Below, piece after piece: positions 8,945-18,325 of a stretch of DNA of 64,000 bases. The position numbers were made by a program, and so were the translations under genes. The notes beneath the pieces are model-generated. The model had not been told where the DNA came from. It ran no database searches and was given only the letters and a program-made list of their open reading frames with translations. Source of the DNA: Candidatus Latescibacterota bacterium (GTDB taxonomy: Bacteria > Latescibacterota > UBA2968 > UBA8231); NCBI GenBank assembly GCA_965208105.1, contig OZ242318.1, positions 4,352,001-4,416,000 of the forward strand. Direction: 5' to 3'. Within the stretch, counting starts at the first letter, position 1. Every line of letters starts with the position of its first letter.

Positions 8945-9748
8945 GTGGAATTTGTCCGGTATGTGATTGCTTTCTTCCTCATTGGATGGGGCGGGTCGAT
9001 CATTGGGACCATCCTCTTTGTGGCCGTCTCTCCTTTTGTAGGAGCGCTTCGAAATACGAATCCGGGGCGAGCACTAACAGCTGTCACGAACGGAGCTGGC
9101 GTTCTTGGGGCGATCTATGCCTTTACCGTGATCTGCAGTTGGACAGGGGGCGAGGCTAAGCTCAGCATGTTGGCGCTTCCTCTGTTGCTGACGCTGAAGA
9201 ACATCATCTGGCGGATCAGGAGGGCCCAAGTGGCGGATTCGGTCCCGGGACTGGTACTGTCCGGTGACCGGGACTTGCGGTCCGGGGTGGTAAGAACGGA
9301 ACGGATGAACTTGATGGCAGATGTGATGGCCTTCGCCTTAGGCGTCTTCATAGTTGGCATTCCGAACGGTGGCCCAGATCTCTCGGTGAAGAGACTTGTC
9401 GCGCGGTGTGTCCAGGAGCCAATGGTGGTTGTCCAGGATTACTACAGTCGGCCGCACGTCGGCCCGGGGGTGTTGTCGCGGGTTCCAGTCAGTCAAGTCC
9501 TAGAAACGGCCCGTCGGAACAGAATGGTGGAATTGAGTGAGCTGTCCGGTGAGCACCGAGTGCTTGTCGAGGCACGTATGGAGGAGCTTGCTCGGTGGAT
9601 AGACATGAACACCACCGTTACGGCCAAAGGGCCCGCTGGACCGTTAGCCGAAGTCGGTGGGGGAGTGACAACCGTGGAGCTGCCTGACTCCGAGGCAGTG
9701 AACTCAAAGGCAAGGGCCCTCTGTGTCGAGCTATTTGAGACTTGGTAG
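8945..9748 (+). CDS. Hypothetical membrane protein (about 4 TM plus soluble C-terminus)
   Basis: 267-aa ORF, hydrophobic N-terminal segments, AGGAG upstream. Confidence 0.6.
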   Translation: MEFVRYVIAFFLIGWGGSIIGTILFVAVSPFVGALRNTNPGRALTAVTNGAGVLGAIYAFTVICSWTGGEAKLSMLALPLLLTLKNIIWRIRRAQVADSVPGLVLSGDRDLRSGVVRTERMNLMADVMAFALGVFIVGIPNGGPDLSVKRLVARCVQEPMVVVQDYYSRPHVGPGVLSRVPVSQVLETARRNRMVELSELSGEHRVLVEARMEELARWIDMNTTVTAKGPAGPLAEVGGGVTTVELPDSEAVNSKARALCVELFETW

Positions 9749-9959
9749 TGGGGACGGCGAGTGGTCGTACTAGCGGTGGGTCCGAGGCCGGAGTTGCACG
9801 GAAACCGGCGAGCGGGTGGCGCTGACCGAGCGGCAGATGGTGCAGCTGGGCTTCGGCGGCCACTCCTCCTGCGAGCCGCTGGACCTGCCGGAGAAAGCGG
9901 CCGACCTTCTGGCCCAGGTGTTCCCCCTTCTACTTCCCCATCTGGGAGCTGGACCGCTC

Positions 9960-10193
9960 ATGAATCGCACCTTCCCAGTTGACCTGCAGACCCACACGAC
10001 CTTCTCGGACGGCAGGGACACGCCGGAAGAGCTGGTCTCCAAGGCGGCGGCCTCCGGCATCCGCGTGCTCGCCGTGACGGACCACGACAGCGTTCAGGGC
10101 GTGGCTGCGGCCAGGGCCGCCGGCGCGAAGGCGGGTGTGCACGTACTCCCGGCCATCGAGCTGAGCACGGCCAAAGAGGAGGATCGTGAATGA
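9960..10193 (+). pseudogene. PHP-domain phosphoesterase N-terminal fragment
   Basis: DLQTHTTFSDG...LAVTDHD...AIELST, then truncated. Confidence 0.8.
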
Positions 10194-10309
10194 CCGAGAC
10201 CATCGAGAAGCCGGACCTCGGGTACAGGTAGGGGTTCGCCACAAGCGAGCTGGATGCGATGTCAAAGTGCCTGGAGGTGCACGGCTTCGCCATCATCAAG
10301 GAGGTGTGC
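10190..10309 (+). pseudogene. PhyH-like N-terminal fragment
   Basis: MTETIEKPDLGYR*GFATSELDAMSKCLEVHGFAIIKEV, RBS GAGGA, internal stop. Confidence 0.45.
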
Positions 10310-10764
10310 TGTCGAGGATAGGACGGATAGGGGTTATCCGTCGTTAGTCGATGTCCTACAGTGAAGGCGTTTCGGGGCTTTCGCGGGGGCGGACGGGGTG
10401 GAAGTGCTAGAGTTTGAGGGGGTTAAGCGGAGGGCGGGAGGACCTGCGGAGCCGCACGTGGAGTGGTCTGGCCTGGAACGGCGGCGTCGCCCACCGATCG
10501 CAGCGGTAGAGCGCCGCGCCGGGCTGGCCGCCGGCGAGCGAGGACGGGGTCTGGCTAGGACGTCTCGGTGGCCGACGGCTGGCTAGGCCGCCTCGTCGAG
10601 TGGAGCTGTCGGTCGAGGCGGGCTGGAGAGAAGCGCTCACGCGCCGGCAGACCGACGCCGGGAATACCTCTTGAATGGTTAGCGTCTCAATCTGGGCCTT
10701 CCCCCTCACCTTTCCGAACGATTCGTCTCCTGCCCTCGATCGCGAAATCCCAGCAAGGTGAAAC

Positions 10765-12435
10765 ATGACGACGAAATTCCTTAAGCATTTTCCAAAGCCG
10801 TTGCTTGATGATCTTGTCGCCTGTCGCTGGCTTCCAATTGTTGGAGCCGGATTGTCGAAAAATGCTGATCTCCCCTCAGCGACCATGCCGCTTTGGGCTG
10901 AGCTTGGTAGGAATCTCGCCATGGACATGCAAGATTATGAATATGTCTATCCCATTGATGCTATTTCGGCTTACGCGCATGAGTTCGGTCGTCCAAAACT
11001 CATCGAAAAGTTGTCCGATCTGCTACTCATAGGTGAGGCTCGCCCAGGCAAAACACACCGTGCATTCTGCTCCATCCAATTCGATATCGTTTGCACCACC
11101 AATCTGGACTTCCTCCTTGAGAGGCAGTACGAGCGCGCCCTCAAGTCTTGCACGCCCCTCATTGGTGAAGATCAGCTGTCCATCAAGCTGCAGGAATCAA
11201 GCGTGGCGCTATTGAAGCTGCATGGAGACCTCAACCACCCAGACCGCTTAGTTGCCACTGAAGAAGATTACGACACCTTTCTTGAGCGCTATCCTAGCGT
11301 CGCGACATATCTCGCCAACCTCCTCATCACCCGAACAGCTGTCTTGATCGGATACAGTTTGGATGATCCAGACTTCCGTCAAGTGTGGCAAGTCGTCGGA
11401 GAACGACTTGGTAAGGCACGACGGATGGCCTACGCACTATGTGTTGGCGCGCGGCCTGCGGACGTGACACGGTTCGAACGTCGGGGGGTAAAGGTCATAA
11501 ATTTGCCTGGAAAGAAGAGCAAGTATGGAGAGATTCTCTCTGAAGCCTTTGGCGAGCTAAAGAACTATTGGCAGGAACAGATCGTACCCGAGAGTCGGGT
11601 TATAGAAGAAGAGCCATTGCAAGAGCTTTCGCTTCCAAGAGGCTCTGCTACTAGGCTTTGCTTCTTTGCGCTCCCCCTATCGGCGCACCCATTCTATCGT
11701 ATGCGGGTGTTCCCACTAGTGCGAGAGGTAGGGCTCGTCCCTGTGACCGCAGATGAAGTCATCTCTCCGGGCGAAAGTGTCGTCGCGAAAGTAGAAGCTC
11801 TAATCTCTCGAGCGTCTTTCGTCGTTGTCGATGCGTCTAGCGAGTTCACATTGGCTGAAGCTCGCATGGCGCTTGGGCAAAATGAGCCAGGTAGGCTTTG
11901 CGTAATCATTGAAGAAGGTGCCCCCATTCCCGTTGAGATCCAGCGCCCCGAAATCCTTCGCGAGTCAGATTTGGCATCAGAGGAAGACGCACTTGTTCCC
12001 ATTGAGCGCCAGCGTATTAAGGTCCTCAGCAGGCCTGATCTTGTGTCCGTGGAAGTTGGACAATTCCTTCGCGATTTGGAAGAGTGGCTTCGAGAAGCGG
12101 TGGGCGGACTGAAGCCGAGGCTATCTGGAGAAACGCGGCGTCTCTTTCACGCCCGAGAGTACAGGGCAGCGGTCATTTCAGCGATTACGAATCTCGAGAC
12201 GGTATTGAGGGAGCGGCTTGATGTGCCAATCAGCAGAGGCAGAAAGTTCATATCTCTGCGAGAAATGCTCGATACCGCTGATAAAAAAGGTTTGCTTGGA
12301 AAGTATAGAGCCGCCCAAGTCTCGCAATGGCTGAAGATTCGTAATTATGTGGTGCACGGCCATGGATCTGTATCCGAAAAAGCTGCGCGGGAGATTGTAC
12401 GCGGAGTCGAGGAGATTCTGGGCCCTACTGCGTAG
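10765..12435 (+). CDS. SIR2-like domain protein with TIR/NDT-like middle domain and HEPN-like C-terminus (putative defence NADase)
   Basis: IVGAGLS, TTNLD, KLHGD, LIGYSLDDPD; CFFALP...ADE...VVVDAS; RNYVVH (RxxxxH). Confidence 0.85.
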   Translation: MTTKFLKHFPKPLLDDLVACRWLPIVGAGLSKNADLPSATMPLWAELGRNLAMDMQDYEYVYPIDAISAYAHEFGRPKLIEKLSDLLLIGEARPGKTHRAFCSIQFDIVCTTNLDFLLERQYERALKSCTPLIGEDQLSIKLQESSVALLKLHGDLNHPDRLVATEEDYDTFLERYPSVATYLANLLITRTAVLIGYSLDDPDFRQVWQVVGERLGKARRMAYALCVGARPADVTRFERRGVKVINLPGKKSKYGEILSEAFGELKNYWQEQIVPESRVIEEEPLQELSLPRGSATRLCFFALPLSAHPFYRMRVFPLVREVGLVPVTADEVISPGESVVAKVEALISRASFVVVDASSEFTLAEARMALGQNEPGRLCVIIEEGAPIPVEIQRPEILRESDLASEEDALVPIERQRIKVLSRPDLVSVEVGQFLRDLEEWLREAVGGLKPRLSGETRRLFHAREYRAAVISAITNLETVLRERLDVPISRGRKFISLREMLDTADKKGLLGKYRAAQVSQWLKIRNYVVHGHGSVSEKAAREIVRGVEEILGPTA

Positions 12436-12544
12436 ATAAGCGAGCCCATACTTTTGTAGGACATGTGGATCGATACATTCCACCGCCGGCACTGACCATA
12501 GCGCGACATCCACCGCTTGTTCTTTCTTCCCGTATCGTTGCGGC

Positions 12545-12750
12545 CGGCGGGGCGCGGAAATCGAGCCGGACCGTCGCACCTTCGAGGTCAAGCGCGCCTC
12601 GGAGTTGATTCTCCAAGTATCGTTCGTAGTGGGCCGGGACGCCATCCGGCCAGCTGGTGTACACGGCAATTTTTAGCGGCTTGGTTTCAACCTGGGTAGC
12701 GTAATAGAAGCGCACCGGCCCCTGGTGACTGCGCCTCCATGGTGGCGCGC
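12545..12750 (-). pseudogene. der: Fragment of ribosome biogenesis GTPase Der C-terminal KH-like domain
   Basis: RFYYATQV...YERYLENQLRGALDLEGATVRLDFR. Confidence 0.75.
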
Positions 12751-13409
12751 TGAGCCTCCAAGGGCCTTGACCACGCCGGGTCGAGCTACGGTCGTGGTGA
12801 GCCAGCCCTTATCGACTCCGCCCGCCTTCGCGGTGCCAACGCTCGCCAGCCAAGAATCGGGGGCTTCCGTCCTCACGCCAACGTTTCCGGGTATTTCTGC
12901 GCTCTGATCCCCCGTACTCGTCCTCGAATCGCCCAAGCCCGCAGGCCATTGTGATGGCTCCTTACCTCCACGCGCTACAACGATCAGGCCGCCTCAGGTG
13001 ACTCACCAAGTCATGGAAGCCGGTCGCTTTCCCGCAGATACGTCGCCATCCCTTCTTGCAGAGACGCATGGAGCTGGAGGAGAATACCCAAGCGACCGTA
13101 GAGTTGCCGAAGCTGGACTATCGGTTCGTCCGTGTCTTCGTCGTCTTCCAGGGCCAATCCGAGCAAACCAACGGCCGTCAATAACTGGCCTGGAAGTCCA
13201 GATATCGTTCGAGCGCATCGTATTGTCTGGCACGCTCGACCAACCAATCGTAGTCCAGTTACGGCCCTGCCTGACTGGCTTGCGCTACGCACCACGCAGC
13301 CCTGGAAACCTCCGGGGGACTCAACCCGAAATCCAGACTAAAGCTGGTACAGGGGGCGTCCCGCGTTGCATTTCGATCAGCACCTGCAAATGCGTTCCCG
13401 ATCTTATCT

Positions 13410-13871
13410 CGCGCTTCGAGCGCTCCTCCCTGCGCCCATCGCCTGGGGTGGGTGGCCCTGCTCGCCCCCATGTTTGCCACCGACCTCAGCGCCTGCCCGG
13501 CCGGCCTGTGGCGGTCGCCTGAGGATCATCGCTGCTCTGACCGATCCAGCCTCGGTTCGGACCTATTTGGAGGGCGTAGGGCTGCCGGCGGTGCCCCCGC
13601 CGAGGGCCCCGCCTCAACCCCAGTTCGAGTTCGCCGCCTGACCTCCTCCGCGATTCGCTCCCTGCTCCGAGCGCCGTACGGCGGAGTGCGCCCTCAAGTA
13701 CCAGATTGACCCCTGAAACGCGCCGAAATCCTTTACAACGGTGCTCGGAGCATTGGCGAACGATTGGGTGCGACGACCAGCGATTCATCAGGGACATCCT
13801 ACCGGACCCTTGACAACGGTTTCAGCGAATGGCACAGTACCGATATCGGTGCCTTATTTTTCCTATACATC
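13410..13871 (+). mobile_element. IS91/ISCR remnant (copy 5): transposase C-terminus plus oriIS-like end
   Basis: CGGRLRIIAALTDPASVRTYLEGVGLPAVPPPRAPPQPQFEFAA*, ends TTTTCCTATACATC. Confidence 0.85.
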
Positions 13872-14104
13872 GTGCCGGTGGCGAACCAATTCGTATGCGA
13901 CGAACTTATCATACGCTGGCTAAGAGAGACCAACGTCCTGCGAGTTGTGGAGTCAATCGACAAGGGTCTGGTGCAAGCGACATTCGACCCACAGATCATC
14001 GAAGGATGAACCTGATGGTTCGCCTGCGAGCCTTGATCTTTGACATTGAATGTGTTAATCGCCGGTATGGTGCCGGCGTGTTAACCTCAAACAAGGAGGT
14101 GCAA

Positions 14105-14422
14105 ATGCACCGAGTTGTCCTCCTGCTTGGGACGTTCCTTATTGGGGCCACCGTAGGGACTGATATTCCTTGGGCCGATAAGGACACCACCAAGCAGGAG
14201 CTATCTAGACCCAAGTGGCCGAAGGGTAAGACAGTCGAAGAGCGACTGACGATCCTTGAGGCCAGGGTCAACGCAGTGGAAGAGGGGATATGGGAGGCAA
14301 CCGGGTTGATAGATAAACAGGATCGCAAGATCGTGGATGCTATCAACAAGGCCTCTCTCAGAATTGAGATTAATACTGAGGCTATACAGCGGCTAGTGCA
14401 AATCGTGGACAGGTATCACTAA
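14105..14422 (+). CDS. Small hypothetical exported protein with coiled-coil
   Basis: AAGGAGGT RBS, signal-peptide-like N-terminus, heptad-like VEERLTILEARVNAVEE. Confidence 0.6.
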   Translation: MHRVVLLLGTFLIGATVGTDIPWADKDTTKQELSRPKWPKGKTVEERLTILEARVNAVEEGIWEATGLIDKQDRKIVDAINKASLRIEINTEAIQRLVQIVDRYH

Positions 14423-14440
14423 AACCTGAGGGGTAGGGCT

Positions 14441-14915
14441 GAGGAGTCGACGGCGTCGGACCGTCCTTCGAGCGCTCCTCCCTGCGCCCATCGGCTGCGG
14501 TGAGCGACCCTGCTGGAGCGGGTGTTTTCCTCCGACCTCAGCGCATGCGCGACCTGTGGCGGGCGCCTGCGGATCGTCGCCGCCCTGATCGATCCGGCCT
14601 CGATCCGGACCTATCTAGAGGGGGTAGGGCTGCCGGAGGTAACCCCGCCGAGGGCCTAGCCCGCAACCGCAGTTCGAGTTCGCCGCCTGACCTCCTCCGC
14701 GATTCGCTCCCGGCGCCGAGAGCCGTACGGTGGAGTGCGCCCTCAAATACCAGGTTGACTCCTGAACCGCGCCGAAATCCTTTTCAACGGTGCTCGGAGC
14801 ATTGGCGAACGATTCGGTGCGACGACCAGCGATTTATCAGGGACCCTACCGGACCCTTGACAACGGTTTAAGCGAATGGCATAGTACCGATATCGCCTTA
14901 TTTTTCTTATACATC
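14441..14915 (+). mobile_element. IS91/ISCR remnant (copy 6): transposase C-terminus plus oriIS-like end
   Basis: Aligns along its length with copy 5; ends TTTTTCTTATACATC. Confidence 0.85.
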
Positions 14916-15976
14916 CGCCAACCGCGCCTGCCCCGGACCGGCGCCGCTCCGGCTCCCGACGGTGTGGGGCGGATTCGAGAAGCCGAGACTGGATTTGATG
15001 GAAAGCTGCTCGCGGCGATGGCCGATGAGTGACTGCGAGATCAGGTGCGGGGAGTGTTTCCGAGGTGCACGTGCCGGCCCGTTCGTGCTAGCTTTTGTTC
15101 ATGACCGGATCGACCGACAACATCGAGGCCGTCGCGCGTGCCGTGAGGGCGAAGAGCCTCGCGCACATGGAAAGAGGGAGGAGCAACTCGCTACCGACGC
15201 GGAAATGTACTGGCATGTCGGGGCCACGTACCTGGAAGCCGGAGTGATGGACGAATCCGGGCGAGAGATCGGGGGCCTGAGCTGGGTCGAGAAACTGGAC
15301 ATCACCGGCGATTGGCTTCGGCGGCACCCGGAGTCCTCGGCGACGTGGCGGAAGGCGCGGTACGGATCGCCTCTACCTCGGACGAGAAGGGCAGGATCGG
15401 CAGTAGATCGAGGGACGGCGACAGGCGAGGACAGGACGGGTCGGGATGTGGAATCCAGGCGGTTTCGGTGCGATGACGATTTTCACTCCCGTCGGGCGGG
15501 CACGCGGGAAAATGTCGAGCGGAGACAACGGATTGATGCGGGCCCGGCGACGCGGCTACCGCCAAAACGACGAAACTGGCAGAAACATGGTTGAGGGCAT
15601 GTGGCAGCGCATTGCAGAGTAACCCCGAACACCTCCAAGTCTTAACTGGCCGTATGGCACGAGGATGGACTCCAGGGATGCTTCAGACTTGGAATCCACT
15701 AGGTTTCTATATGATGACCGGCGTTCCAGCCGGTGCGGTATTGTTGTGCCGAAATACCAGCTCAACCCCGTGCTTGCAGCCATGACCGGGGTCCGATTAG
15801 ACGGTCGATGGCATATGAGGCAAAAAGATCGTGAATGAACAAAATGCTACCCAACTGTAGTCGCGAATGCCCCGGATTTGAGCTTCCAGTCCACCGGGCA
15901 AGTACTCGCAAGGTTGTCTGCAAGCCAACAAGAGAAAAGCAACTAAATTTGCTTCATGGCTTAGAGAGTCCACCCA

Positions 15977-16849
15977 ATGCTGAATAACTTCTTTTCGCTA
16001 AATGGACAGATTGAAACAATGAGTGATTCGGTAGTCCTGGATACTCACTTTAGAACCAGCAGTTCTTTGGAAAACACGTTGTATCAACCATCCAGTATTG
16101 CCGTTGCTCAAAGAACACTATTCAAAGCCAGGACATTTAAGAACGTAAGCTTCTCTAAGACATTATTTCGAAGAATGACGTTTACAGATTGCGAATTTGA
16201 AGACTGCCTCTTTATCGGAGCAAGGTTTGCAGAAGTTCAATTTCATAGATGCAAGTTTGTCAATTGCAATTTCTACAAATGCTCCCTAAGCAAGTGCTAC
16301 TTGGATCCGAACTGCTTTAGTTTCAGCCCTTCTCTCAATAAAACCCATGCAAATGTTATGACAGAGTTATTTCACAGTTTGCTTGTGAATGCGAAGTCAG
16401 AAAGTCAACATCGGCACGCAGAAGATGCCGATATCATGTTTCGAAGATGGCTGCTGTGGCAGCGATCATACGAACGGAGAACAAAGAAGATAAGCTATTT
16501 TCGATTCGCGAAGGAGTGGATAATAAATAAGGCGGGAGATTGTGTCTTTGGATTTGGCTATCGGCCCTTCAAATTTGCTATGTCCAGCATACTATTTTTG
16601 CTAATTTGCAGCGTCCTGACTCATGTCTGGTGGTCTAAACTTGGAATGCACAATAGTAATGGAGCGATTGAAGATTATTCATTTATCAGTGCTATATACT
16701 ATACGGTAGTGGTCACTACGACGTTAGGATTTGGGGACATAATACCAACGACAGTGCCTGGTCAATTATTCGCTTCGTTTCTATCCGTTGTAGGATTGAT
16801 CTGGTTTAGTCTTTTGGCGGCGCTGGTCATCCGAAAAGTGGTGCGCTGA
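15977..16849 (+). CDS. halA: Pentapeptide-repeat + two-TM ion channel protein (Hailong HalA-like effector)
   Basis: Pentapeptide run FKNVSFSKTLFRRMTFTDCEFEDCLFIGARFAEVQFHRCKFVNCNF; pore motif YYTVVVTTTLGFGDI between two TM helices. Confidence 0.7.
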   Translation: MLNNFFSLNGQIETMSDSVVLDTHFRTSSSLENTLYQPSSIAVAQRTLFKARTFKNVSFSKTLFRRMTFTDCEFEDCLFIGARFAEVQFHRCKFVNCNFYKCSLSKCYLDPNCFSFSPSLNKTHANVMTELFHSLLVNAKSESQHRHAEDADIMFRRWLLWQRSYERRTKKISYFRFAKEWIINKAGDCVFGFGYRPFKFAMSSILFLLICSVLTHVWWSKLGMHNSNGAIEDYSFISAIYYTVVVTTTLGFGDIIPTTVPGQLFASFLSVVGLIWFSLLAALVIRKVVR

Positions 16850-17835
16850 TGGAGTATTGGGGAAAATGTCAGTCTGAGGCAATCTTCGGCTCGTCGTCTA
16901 GGCGTGATTCTGACCGACTTAGCGATAAAGACTATTTGATCATAGACAGTCGACCGGAAGTAAGAAGAAGACGTCGGTTTGAGCTGGAACAAATGGGCTG
17001 GTCGGTGGCTTCTTACTCGTGGGCCAGACTTGGTAGCCTTGCGAGGCAAAAGGCACTGTTTGTCCAACACTTAAAGTTGGAGGCTCTGGTAGTGAAGGAT
17101 GGCGCAAACCGACTAAGGCATTCGCTAAATTGCTATTCGCCCAAGGCAGATTACGATGTAGAAATCAACCAAGCGGGCAAAATTATGGTATCCATGATAA
17201 ATGAAGACATGGAGTTAGGACCGACGAATTGGATATTTGATGTGATTGCTGTCAATGTCCGGAATTTGGCGATATTGGCGCTTGCGAACCGCGGCGAATA
17301 TGTATTCTCGTATAATGATGCAATGGAGCGACTTGTAGTAGTTTATGGTTTGCCGGTGGACGATGCACGTCGGCTCTTAAAGCTCAGAGAAATCAAGGCA
17401 AGATATAGGAATGGATGCTACTATTCTGTGTTGACGCAAAGGGAAGTCGATGAGTTGCTAGGGTCGGTACAGAGGTGTGTCGAGTACGTGGGATGCTCCT
17501 TTGTCGATATCGTAGGAACGAGTGATTTTCTATTGCACTCGGAGGTAAAGGATCTTTACTTTAGGTCGAGATTGATTGAAAGAGACGTACTAGGCAGTGT
17601 CCCGGTCAAGGAATCATACCGAGAGGATTGTGAATATTTATCTAGACGGATTCTTCGCAGAATTAGAAAACCACGAGACTACTTGTGGCAATTCGAACAT
17701 GACCTCGAAACGATTCAAGAAGTCTCGAGTCTTCGAAGAATTTCTGAACCGTTGGATCTGGTGCGTGGGTTAGTACAATCAAGGGATTGCAGTGTTTTCC
17801 CTCACGGACTGGAGCGGCCTTGCCTATTGAGGTAA
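16849..17835 (+). CDS. halB: Pol-beta superfamily nucleotidyltransferase (Hailong HalB-like)
   Basis: IFGSSSRRDSDRLSDKDYLII (GS...DxD), LFVQHLKLE, helical C-terminus; TGATG overlap with upstream gene. Confidence 0.7.
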   Translation: MEYWGKCQSEAIFGSSSRRDSDRLSDKDYLIIDSRPEVRRRRRFELEQMGWSVASYSWARLGSLARQKALFVQHLKLEALVVKDGANRLRHSLNCYSPKADYDVEINQAGKIMVSMINEDMELGPTNWIFDVIAVNVRNLAILALANRGEYVFSYNDAMERLVVVYGLPVDDARRLLKLREIKARYRNGCYYSVLTQREVDELLGSVQRCVEYVGCSFVDIVGTSDFLLHSEVKDLYFRSRLIERDVLGSVPVKESYREDCEYLSRRILRRIRKPRDYLWQFEHDLETIQEVSSLRRISEPLDLVRGLVQSRDCSVFPHGLERPCLLR

Positions 17836-17880
17836 TCTGGCGGCGGGGTTTGAGGTGTATTTCGGTTGAAGTTCACAGCG

Positions 17881-18148
17881 TTGAAACGGGTTCCGGTCAG
17901 GTTGATTGATATCCGGCGTGGCGAGATTAGGTGACGCATTCGTCGGACTCGAAGCTCTGCAGGAGGCCGCGGAACGCCACCCGCAAGGTGGAGACGGTGC
18001 GGGCAGCCCTCTTGCGCATCAACGCGCTTGGCTCAGCGAGCACGGCGGCAGATACGCAAGCGCAGGGCCGAGATCACCTCGTGGACCCCAACGGAATTGT
18101 GCGCCACGAGGTTGTCAGTGATCACAATGTCGCCGAGCTGGAGGGTTG
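17881..18148 (-). mobile_element. IS630-family transposase C-terminal remnant
   Basis: Minus strand PTLQLGDIVITDNLVAHNSVGV...YLPP...RKRAART...ECVT*SRHAGY. Confidence 0.75.
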
Positions 18149-18306
18149 GCTCATGGCCCCCGGGCCCGTGACCCCGGCCGCACCGTGCCCGCCAAACCGA
18201 TTGATTAGTCCACGGCGGTGGACCGAGCTTCGAGTGCTCCGCCCTGGGCCCATCGGCTGCCGTGGGCGACTCTGCTGGCGGGGGTGTTTTCCTCCGATCT
18301 CAGCGC
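18148..18306 (+). mobile_element. IS91/ISCR transposase remnant (copy 7)
   Basis: APRARDPGRTVPAK...AHRLPWATLLAGVFSSDLS; overlaps in sequence with both copy 8 and copies 1, 2, 5, 6. Confidence 0.8.
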
Positions 18307-18325
18307 TGCAAAGGAAAGACAATCG

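Noticed and set aside
12750-13409. Short ORFs between the der fragment and IS copy 5
   Set aside because: No recognisable family or RBS; likely decayed fragments
14916-15900. 210-aa ORF 14962-15594 and neighbours as a third Hailong-associated gene
   Set aside because: Low-complexity, probably frameshifted debris, higher GC than the operon and not coupled to it
15977-16849. Housekeeping K+ channel or Qnr protein
   Set aside because: No RCK/cNMP domain; fused architecture, atypical composition and coupling to an NTase argue against
16849-17835. NTase as CBASS CD-NTase or MNT-HEPN antitoxin
   Set aside because: GS/DxD motif is at the extreme N-terminus, no cap genes or HEPN toxin are adjacent, and the partner is a channel; not excluded without a profile search
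893-18306. IS remnants as integron attC sites, CRISPR repeats or MITEs
   Set aside because: They translate to IS91 transposase, have variable lengths and ends, and lack attC core sites, regular spacing and terminal inverted repeats; no intI or cas genes seen
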